A DNA stretch of 57,146 nt, counting the filler, from Basidioascus undulatus (Eukaryota): the NCBI GenBank assembly GCA_000826855.1. It is 4 parts of 4 records of this genome, joined end to end, with 100 filler letters (N's around TTAATTAATTAA, not from the genome) between each part and the next. Parts side by side here need not be neighbours in the genome. Positions count along the whole stretch, not along the records: positions 1 to 14,226 come from JTLS01000749.1; 3 more parts are not named here. One strand, 5' to 3'. Below the pieces are notes generated by a model. That model did no database searches and had not been told where the DNA came from. It saw only the letters and a program-made list of their open reading frames with translations. The position numbers and the translations under genes were made by a program. Of the stretch, positions 1 to 9,471 are shown one piece after another. Positions within the stretch are counted from its first letter, which is position 1, and every line of letters begins with the position of its first letter.

Positions 1-2
1 AG

Positions 3-155
3 GGCACGCCGACGCCGACTAGCGCGCCCGGCACGCCCGTCCCTACGTCGGCCGCGCCCACGCCTACGCTTCCGCCCACGACGGCAACCGCGCCCACGCC
101 GACGCCCACGCCGACGCCCACGCACAGTGCGCCGGGCACGCCGATGCAGATGTGA
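3..155 (+). CDS. 3' end of a gene cut off by the contig start; Pro/Thr-rich C-terminus
   Basis: Open frame from 3 reads GTPTPTSAPGTPVPTSAAPTPTLPPTTATAPTPTPTPTPTHSAPGTPMQM, ending at TGA 153-155 and followed by pyrimidine-rich UTR-like sequence. Confidence 0.55.
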   Translation, partial: GTPTPTSAPGTPVPTSAAPTPTLPPTTATAPTPTPTPTPTHSAPGTPMQM

Positions 156-1753
156 AGTCCGCTGCGGTCGGCGTGCGGCTTTTCTTACGTTCCCCGTTCT
201 CTCCTTCGCACACATCAAAAGCCGCCGTCGAGGCGATATGCATTATCGTCGTCCATTCCCTCTCTCTCTCGTCTCCCCGCTCATCTCTCTTTCTCTCTCC
301 CCTCTGTCATGGAACCCTCTTCCGCGCTCCATCCTGTTGTATTACCGCCCCGTCCCGTCATCGTCCACGTCTCTGCTTGCTTGCTTGCTTGCTTCTTTAC
401 ATCACACACACCACACCACACCACCCCTACACCACACCGCCCCGCACCGCTGCATCGCCACTGTTTGTCCTCCCATCCGTCCGTTTGTATCACGTCCACA
501 CCCTCACACACCTCCCCTCTCCGCCACACGCACGTTGCATTCCTAGACTCCCTATACTTCGCGCTAATTCGGCTTTTTACATCTCGATTACACGACATCA
601 ACGACGTTTGGTTTCAATCCGCCCGCGGTTTGCTTTGTCTGTGGCTGTGTGAACGGTCTGGCCTTGACGAGCGCATGTCCGCCGCATTCTGTCCAGCAAG
701 GCGCCGCGACTCGACCACCTCTGTGGCTGATGCTCCGCCGTGCAGCTGACGGACCCATCTGGGGCTGTGGAAGAGTCTGTCTCTGGCCCCGCAGTTACGC
801 GCGGCGAAGTCACTTTATTCTCCGAGCGATGGTCTAGGCAAAGGCGAGATATGACGGTGTGGAGCGTCTGTTGGTGGAGAACTGAACTGCGGGGATTTCT
901 GGGGAGATAACGGGGTGTCAGAGGCACGAGCAACCTCAAGGGAATTCATTCTGCTGCTTTACTAGGTGTCAATGAGTCTCATGGAAACACGACAGGGGGG
1001 CGTCTACCGTGCGCGGAGAACCACACCTGTACGTGGATGATGACGCAGAGGGCTAGCGACGGAGTGCGGAGAGACTTTCATTATTGAAAACTCCAGTGAA
1101 GTGTGTTGGGTTAAAACAAGTGCAGTATGAAGCTGGGTATTGAGCGACGAGACCTTACCCGGAGGCGCCACAGGCTGTCATGCAAGACAGGCTGCCGCAG
1201 TTGTACGTCGGGCGAGCGTGCCTCCTGAACTGAACTTGTCTACGTGTGGGAATGTAATCATATGTATGAATCGGTTATTTCTCAAGAACTTCGAACGAGG
1301 GAGCGGTCACCAACCTGCGCGAAAGACAGTGAAAGACTCGGTGGGGAGACAATGTGCTTGCCCCCGCATGCGTTCTACAGGAATTGTCTCAATAGTAGCC
1401 CGAAGGAGGTCCCCAATCATGCCGCTGAAAATAATAGAACGTAATCTCTCTGGGTCGAGGGCCTCGGGAAGGGGTCTCAATGTCCCGACCACAGCTGAAA
1501 CTCACGAAATCGGTAGCCAGCCTGTCCTTCTGAAACCTCTACTCGCTCGATGTCTATCCTTTCAAGCTCGCCTTGGGCCGTTTAACCTTGAGCATTTGGG
1601 CGGACCTCAAGGTCATGAATGAAGCAGCTGATCACTTCTTTGCGAACATCCAACGAACTGTCTCGCGATTAGATTCTCTTCCGCCCCCGGTCGTTGTTTT
1701 CCACTTTTTTCGCGCCGGCACCCTCTCCTGATCACCAGCTCCGCCCTGGGGCG

Positions 1754-2898
1754 ATGCCCGTCGTAACTCGATCGCGCAGCGGTCGGTTTTCGCCGCCGAC
1801 ACTACCGCTAGAGATCTACACCCTCGTCGCCCGGGAGCTTGCGCCGCTGCCAAACCGAGAGCTCTTCAAGAAGCCGAAGCGTCACGGCCGTGCAGCATTG
1901 ATCGCCCTGTCGTGCGCCAGCCGGGCTATGAGACGACTGTGTTTTCGGATGCAGTTCGAGTATGTTTGTTGTGCGAGCGATGAGGCGCTGGCGGACTTGA
2001 GTGAGGTGGATGGCGCTCATGAGTTGTTCGCAGTCGCGTGGTGCGTCCCTGCCTATAGCTCATGTGTCCAACATTTTCATGAGAACGTAAGCCTACGAGC
2101 AGCTCTTTATTGCTCGACCTGCGCTCTATCACACCCACCGGCCTGTCTCTTCTCTACCTCGTTGCCACGCGCATGCCCAACCTGCGTTCGATCTGCCTCA
2201 AAGGCGTACCTTGCCGGCCTTGGTATCATAGCCCGTGTCCCACATCCACTATAGCGGGGGCCATCCGCTCCTGCCCCAGTCTCGAGGCTGCGTTCCTGCC
2301 TCAGCGCATTGGACCGCTCGCAGATGCCGTCCTCCTGGGTTTGCGCTCGGAGCAGACGCGAGCGCTGTCGGTGCCCGGCAACGTCAAGCTGGACTTTTTG
2401 GTTTCTCTTCTGCCGCGGCTAGAGGTACTCGTACTTGATCGAATGTTGGAAAGGCGAGGCAGCCTGGTGCGCATGCCATTGACGGTCCATCGCCTTCGAG
2501 TGACTGAAGCACGACTACCCCCACAGCGCCACGATTTGCCTATTTTGCGCAAGCTCCCCTTCCTCCGCCACATCTCCCACGGCTCAGATCTCGACTCCAA
2601 GCCGTTCCACTCGTCCGCATCCAGGCAAAGTCGTCGCCAGCAAGCCACACTGGCCCTCGGGGAAGTCTGTGGCAGGCTCGAGACGGCGCGCTGGAGGAGC
2701 TGGGAGGTCGACACGGAAGGCTGGAAGTGCTGGGCTGGCTTCCAGGTGTGGGGTATCGTTCGAGATTCAGAGGGGACAGTGCAGAAGACTGAGCTGTTAG
2801 AGACGGAACGTGCTCCGGATCGGTGGTGGAAAGACGAGGGGGATCTCGGCTGGCTGGAAAAGACGAGGCGGAGGTTCTCTACACCAGACTCTGATTGA
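1754..2898 (+). CDS. F-box-like/LRR hypothetical protein (2 exons)
   Basis: N-terminal LPLEIYTLVARELA...ALIALSCASRAMRRLC resembles an F-box. GTGCGT donor at 2041 links to the 2110-2898 ORF, which has LRR-like units (MPNLRSICL, CPSLEAAFL, LPRLEVLVL, LPFLRHI). Confidence 0.6.
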
Positions 2899-3842
2899 AC
2901 ATGTTTTATGCGGATTGTACCCATGCTTTCTGATTATGAGTGACTAAAAAGGGACACGTGAGCTGGAAGACAACACGCCGGTGTCAGTACAAACTTGGTG
3001 CGTGGAGGGACATTGACAATAGGCGATATAGAGTGAGAACCGTTCAATAGCATAGGAATATTTGTTGTTCAAGCTCACAGCAAACATTCTGAATGTTGTA
3101 TGTCTTGTACGTGTGGCCTTCAATGCAACCGCCTATCTCCCCATTTTGACATGGTGAAGGGACGATGCTGACGGGTCAGCAGCAAGCGTCGTTGCGAATC
3201 TTTCCTCCATCAAAATATGTACATGCGTGCTCGGCGGCTTTGCTGTGAATTGGGAAATGTTGAAACGCTCCCAGTACGGCAGCTCCCCACTCCTCCTCCG
3301 CGGCTTACCATGCTTGCCTGATGACAAAACCAAGTGAGGGCCTATCATGCTAGAAGTATATGCACTAAATATATCAGCGCATCATAATCAGCAAGTTTCC
3401 GCTTTCTGCATGCAGTGGACTTGCAGCTCGACAGAGCGTGCTATCGTTATCAGCGTCCCTCAACGACTCAGCGTGCAGCTCTGCCGCTCATACGGCGTTT
3501 CTTCGATCGGTAAGAGGCTTCGATCAGTACCGGTATCAGGATATGTGGGAGGGTGGGTCCAGTTTAGGGGTTATCGCGTGCTAACAGGTAAATGAAGGAC
3601 TAAGACTCCCGAACAGATCGAAGGCATGCGGGGTAACGCAAGGCAGCGGTTCTTATCATCCTCCCTTCACCCTGTTGCCCCGGTTCTTCTTCGCTCAGTT
3701 CTGCACTTTCTACCCGCTTTCCCTGCCCTGAAAGAAGACAGATTAAATGTTTAATTGCTGGTGCTGCGGCAATTTAGGACAGTAGCAAGCTCTTGGCGCC
3801 TGCAAGGCCCGGAGGAAGCTGCCCTCAGAGATAAGGAGAGGG

Positions 3843-3850
3843 TATAAAAA
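3843..3850 (+). promoter_or_regulatory. TATA box of the peptide-precursor gene
   Basis: TATAAAAA about 110 nt upstream of ATG 3956. Confidence 0.55.
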
Positions 3851-3955
3851 CCCAGCACTGTCGGCGTCTTGAAGACCTCTTCACACAGATTTTTCGCTCA
3901 TTAATATTAATACCTCCATACGCTCTCTACTTCACTTTCCAATTCCATCACGAGG

Positions 3956-4713
3956 ATGTTTGGATCGCGCGTCGCCCTCTGTACCATCGCTGGCCTGATG
4001 TTGTGTTAGTTCAACTTCGCTCGAGCTGTACAGATTGTGCTGAGCAGATGGCTGTTACACCCTTAGTGACTACTCTTTGGGTTGAGGCCTCTCCGATTGG
4101 AGGCTCTATCGACAACAAGCGTGCTGGTGAGCTGATTCTGGTTCTGAGATGCAATAATGCTCAAGTGTCTGACAGTACTGCCGCACAATGTAGAGCTTAC
4201 GCCGATTGCCGAGTGAGTGGGTTTGGATTTGTTCTATTCAGTCTTGTATTAAATTTGTTCTCCAAGGTACCTTGATCAGACGGTCAGCTCCACGGAGCAG
4301 GAACTCGGGGGCGCTCGACGCTCTAGGCCTCAAGGCTGACAAGAAGCGTGCAGAGTGTGTCCCCCTGAAATGCTACTCAGCCCTTTACGGTCCTAGCTCA
4401 CACTGCTAATATAATAGGCTCACTCCAATCGCCGAGTACCTTAACGACACAGTGGCCGACACTGAGGCCGAGCTCGGCGGTGTCTTTGACGCGTTGAGCC
4501 TCAAGGCAGACAAGCGTCGCAGTGCGAAGAAACGCCTCGGTACGTGCTAGCAGTCTTTCTTCTATCGAGAAAAACCACACACTAAAATTCACTTCCTGGA
4601 CAGAGCTCACGCCCCTCGTTGAGCACCTGGACATGGGGGTCGAAGACCTTGAGAAGCAGCTCGGGACCGCTCTCGAGGCGCTCGGTCTCAAGGCTGGGAA
4701 GCGCGCTCAGTGA
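3956..4713 (+). CDS. Secreted Kex2-processed repeat protein (precursor of three 33-aa peptides); one frameshift in this assembly
   Basis: Six exons with GT-AG ends (3956-4004, 4067-4126, 4194-4212, 4267-4354, 4418-4539, 4604-4713) give a signal peptide, SPIGGSIDN-KR and three homologous repeats bounded by KR/KKR. Repeat 1 is 2 nt short at the G-run 4307-4311. Confidence 0.8.
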
Positions 4714-5723
4714 ACACTCTCGCGCAGACAAAGTCAATAATCTCTTTCCTTTGTTCTTCTTAACTATCCCTTTGACGTATCCTAAAGGTCTTGCGGTTCC
4801 GAAATATTCGTGTTCCCTGCTTCGCTTTGCGTGTCGTGTGTGTTGGTGCGACCGCCTGAATGACGTTTGATGGTCGGCAAGCGTCCTACCGTGCACAGCA
4901 GTTGCCGCTGTTTAAATAAAAAAGGTGGTATGGACGATCTTAAAAGCAAGGAGAACCGTATAGACAGGCTTCATTACTGAGACGGTACTTGCACATAGCG
5001 ACTCGTTGCTTCATAGAGGTCACCCGCTCCCACCGCAAGTGGTTCACGGCGATATCGCCGTCGACGATGGAGAGGAATTGTGCCTCTTATGTTTTACTAT
5101 GCTTGTCTTGTGAATCTCGAGCGATCTTATCCTTCGCGAGTAGACGGACCGTCCAGCGTATGCGCAGGCCGAATTCTGAAGCTTGCAGCCTCGCATTGCT
5201 GCGCGCCGGCGTGCCCCATGAATGTCTGCCCTGCTGTCACTGAACGTGGCCTACTCCACAAGACTTTTTGTTCTAGTTTGAGCCGTGATAAGCGCGAGGA
5301 AAGAGTACACTGTCGTCTTTCAGGCCGCCAGCTCGCAAGGGAGAAGACAGGCGGAGATGGAAACACGCGACACACCCACTTCGAGGTCCCAAAAATATTC
5401 ATGCGTGTGCCATGGCGGCCCTGGAGTACCCTGCCGCCCGTCGACGATGCGAGTGTCATGCGCACGTTCTTTCAGCATCCTCGATGAGTGCACCAGTGAT
5501 CCGTCTACCCGGCAAACACATGCCTCATGCCCAGCGCGGAAATGGGTTGAGATACGGACTGTTCCCGCACCACTCTCATTGCCGTGCGCCACGCAGGGCC
5601 ACAGTCTTGACCATAGTTGTTCCTGACTGAGTAGCACCTCTCCGAATGTAGAAGAAGTTGTCTCGAGTTGCGGTGGTCGCATCCTTATCCTACAGCCCGT
5701 GTCCGCTGGCTTGCTCATTCGTT

Positions 5724-8012
5724 ATGGCTTCCGACCGTTCGATCGCTTCGCATGACGAGAAGAAGGACGTCCATGATGTTGTTCAGGTTACGGGCCATCT
5801 GCTCCGTCTCAGACGACCAAGGAGCGGCTCTCTGCTGCGTTTACTATCGCGTGCGCGGGCTTCGCACTCATCTCGGATGGTTATCAGAACAACTTGATGG
5901 TGCGTTCATTGTCCTTGTTCCTCAGGCCTTCCACTGGTTTTGATCTATATTCTTCTTTCCCCTCCTCAGACCATGACAAACATGGGTGATGCTATTTCAT
6001 CGAAGGTCTCTCGCTCACGAGGGACCTTTCGCAGGTCGTGTAGGGCAAAATGTATGGGAGCGCACGACACCGCAACCAAGACCCGTGTTAGCAATGCGCT
6101 GCTCGTTGGTGCCATCATCTGGCAGCTCACAGTGTGAGGTTCCAACACCCTACCATCTCCCCAGCCTCTTTCTGACATGTCTTCTTTTAGAGGCTGGATC
6201 TGCGACCGCTTCGGTCGTAAAGTGGCTGTAGGTTGTGTATTCCTCCCGCCAGTGTTCCTGCCTTATAAAACTCCTGCACAGATTGCCGGCGCCATGCTTT
6301 TTACCGTCATTGGAGCCATCATTGGCACGGCTGCGCACGGGGCCAACAGGAGTCTGTCTGGTGAGCCCCCCAGTCTTCATCGACGGACACTGCGAGCACC
6401 CCAAACTGACTTGCCTTCATACAGGATTCTTTTCGGCGATGGCCTTTGCGAGAGGGAAACGGGGACTGTAGTGGGCGGAGAGTATGGTGCATCCTCTACT
6501 GCCGCTGCGGAGGCTGCGAATGAGCGTATGCACAAGCGTGGGTGGAGGCAATGCTTTCGCATCTACAGGACGCTGTGCTGACCTCCAGTTCATGTACAGA
6601 GCGCGGACCGGGTTACATCATGGTCACGAAGTGAGCATTTGTTTCCCAGTATTGCCCTTTGTTATATCAGTCTGACCTTTGAAAAACCAGCTTCACGCTC
6701 TGCTTCGGCGGCCCTCTGGTAGTCTCGATCTTCCTTATCGTGCTCAGCGCAGCCGACGAAGACCATCTCCCCACGGTGTGGCGGACATGGTCAGCCCAAT
6801 GCCATACTTCCTACCACCTACCACCTAGTTCTGACATTCGAAAACCAGCTTCGGCATGGGCATCGTCTTCCCGCTGTCGGTGCTATTCTTCCGCCTACGC
6901 ATGCTCAATAGCGTCCTGTACCATCGCGGTGCAATCAAAAGTGCCTAGAGAGACGCCTACGAGCCCTTCATTTCATTACTTTCCTCCTTTCTTCCTCTAT
7001 AGAACGCTCATGGAACTCTATCCTGTCAGAGCGTGTCCCCTATCGTCTGATCTTCAAGCGCCTTCTCCTGGTTGTGCGACCCACTTTTTCCGGAAAATAG
7101 GTTTAATAGTGAATTCTCACTGTTTAGCCTTTGCGACTTCGTTATGAGATATCCCATTATCAGATCCCCGAGCTCAAATAGCTGACCTTTGCGATTGCTC
7201 CATCCGCAGACGTTGCCTGTGCGTACTCCCACTTCTCTCTGCGCACTTCCCACACCTTTTTCGACAAACCCCAAACAGCCTAACGAGGTTTTTATCCCCA
7301 GAACGGCATATTCAGCGGCACGAACATCTCGAGTGTCGTCAAGCACTCCGACATCAAAAAGACTGCGGAGTGGCAGCTGCTGCTTGGCGCCCTTTCTCTC
7401 CCCGGCGTCTTCGTCGGCGCATGGCTCTGTAACAATATCGGACGGCGCTGGACCATGGTGGCCGGCTTCAGCGGCTATCTTTTTATCAGGCTCATCATCG
7501 GCTGCGCGTATGACAAGGTCACGAAGATCGTGCCGCTCTTGTACGTCCCCTTTTCCCCATATGCGCTCACCTGTATTACATGTACGAAACTAACGAGAAG
7601 GTTGCTTCGCATAGCGTTGTTCTTTATGGTAGGCACCCAACCATGTTTGCGGTTAGCTGTGTAATACAGAAGCTGACGCTTCCCTCTTGCACAGGCTTAA
7701 TGCAGTCCTCCGGCAACGCCGGTAAGTCTCCATGATCCACCCACTTTGAACATGGCGCTCACTTTTGAATCGAACCCTTTCTCCAGGACCCGGGAACATG
7801 ATCAGCCTCACCTCCAGCGAGTCCTTCGCCAGTACGTCTACCCCATCCATCCACTACCCACCCATCCTCCCACCTTTTCCCTCCCTCTCTTTCTCTCCCT
7901 TTCTGAACCACCCCCTCACTCGGCCCAGCGGCCGTCCGCGGCACTTGCTAGCTACGACATCTCCGCCACTGTGGGCAAAGCCGGCACTGGGATCGGGACG
8001 GAGGCTTCCTGA
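5724..8012 (+). pseudogene. GIT1-like MFS glycerophosphodiester permease, decayed and 3'-truncated
   Basis: Motifs across many exons: ISDGYQNNL, RVSNALLVGAI, GWICDRFGRK, VGGEY...AAAEAANE, TVWRT, KTAEWQLLLG, GRRWTM, VGKAG. Frameshift between AMAFARG and TGTVVGGEY (~6455-6462); early TGA at 8010-8012. Confidence 0.7.
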
Positions 8013-8395
8013 CCGTGGAGCGCTCAACATGACCAACAACTCCGGTGTCGCGGTCCTACTTTAACGGTACAACAGCCAGTGCTCTGGAGACTGTGGCGAA
8101 TGGTTAGGGAAGGGAAGCGAAGGCGATGAGAGGCTGGGCACCCGAGAACTAGGAAGAAAACGGGGCTGATACTGGTATCTGGGCCGTGTCGACCCAGGTT
8201 TCCGTAGTACGAATAACAACAAAGGGACAAGGCACGTCTTTGGGGTGTTGCGCCATTGCACGCATCGACGCAGCTTCAACGACAGCGGCCCGTTTCTGCC
8301 GTTCGGGAGACCTCGAGATATCTCACAAGCAGCGCATTTGAAAACTCGTTTGAAATTTTCTACATAAGAAGCTGTCACAGACAATCCTCGTCGTC

Positions 8396-8611
8396 CCCGG
8401 CAAACGGCCGGGAGCGAGCTCGCTCGTGATAAAGTCGCTCGTGCTCCACCCGGGGTCGATCATCGGCTGCTTTTACTCCCCGGACCCGGCCTCCAATTAC
8501 TGCACGTACAACGCTGTCGTAAGCTCCCTACCGTCTTTGCGAGGCGTCTGAGAAGAAGCTGACGGTGATGTGGCGGGATGGGATGGAAAGACGGGGCCGA
8601 GGCGGAGGTGA
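8396..8611 (+). pseudogene. Internal fragment paralogous to the secreted Cys-rich gene at 9058
   Basis: 8408-8518 aligns codon for codon with 9181-9291. Intron 8519-8590 is 70/72 identical to intron 9292-9363. No start codon or signal peptide, and a stop follows soon after the intron. Confidence 0.8.
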
Positions 8612-8812
8612 CGCCGGGACGCTTCCTGTGTTCACATTGGGTAGCAGGCCTGCTCGTCATGCCTCCCTGGGAGGCGTAGCCCTCTCATCCCACCAGACTC
8701 CTCGAGACCTCCTCTTTCCAGCTGGTCCAGCCGTTCTTCCACTTGACCATGGAAATCTCACGTTAGGTCTGGGGCAGGCAAATGGTAGCCGGCTTCTTCT
8801 GAATCTGCCAGC

Positions 8813-8887
8813 CATGCAGTCGCCCCGCCCCGCCAAACATGCAGTCGCCCCGCCCCGCCAAACATGCAGTCGCCCCGCCCCGCCAAA
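8813..8887 (+). repeat. Three tandem copies of a 25-bp unit in a promoter
   Basis: CATGCAGTCGCCCCGCCCCGCCAAA x3, exact. Confidence 0.9.
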
Positions 8888-8923
8888 TATGTCCGCCCCT
8901 TGCGCGTCGAGGTTCGGGCCTTG

Positions 8924-8930
8924 TATAAAA
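8924..8930 (+). promoter_or_regulatory. TATA box of the small secreted protein gene
   Basis: TATAAAA about 130 nt upstream of ATG 9058, followed by a CT-rich leader. Confidence 0.55.
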
Positions 8931-9057
8931 GAGCCGGCTGCACACCTCATTCTCCAGCAAGAAAGCAGCTTCTCACTCATTCTCTTCACTCTCTCGCAGT
9001 CCCTGGCATCAACACCCACCCCCGCCTTCACACAGCCAGCTCCGGCCCTCTATCATC

Positions 9058-9471
9058 ATGCTGACTCGCATCCTCCTCCTCTCCACCGCGGCCTTCGCTC
9101 TCGTCAGTGCCAACCCGCACCAGGACAGGAACGAGGGGAAGCATCCCTCGGTGTGCGCGCGGTGCCCGGCAAAGGGCCCGCCGGGAACGACCTCGCTCGC
9201 TCAAGAGTCGCTCGTGCTCGACCCGGCGCCGATCATCGGCTGCGCTTACTCCCCGGACCCGACCTCCTTTTTCTGCACGTACAACGCTGTCGTAAGCTCC
9301 CTACTGTCTTTGCGAGGCGTCTGAGAAGAAGCTGACGATGATGTGGCGGGATGGGATGGAAAGACGGGGGCGAGGCTTGTGGAGAATGTTCTCTTCACGA
9401 ATACGGAAGGCCTCTTCTTCAACGTTGAGGGCTGTCCGCGTAACGCGGACATCAGCAAGTGCCCGAAGTAG
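9058..9471 (+). CDS. Small secreted cysteine-rich protein (113 aa, 6 Cys), effector-like
   Basis: Signal peptide MLTRILLLSTAAFALVSA; exon 1 9058-9291; intron GTAAGC..GCTGAC..AAG; exon 2 9364-9471 reads TGARLVENVLFTNTEGLFFNVEGCPRNADISKCPK*. Confidence 0.8.

Noticed and set aside
3956..8012. RiPP (dikaritin-type) cluster of peptide precursor plus MFS transporter
   Set aside because: The transporter is a GIT1-like pseudogene and no DUF3328, tyrosinase or other tailoring gene is visible
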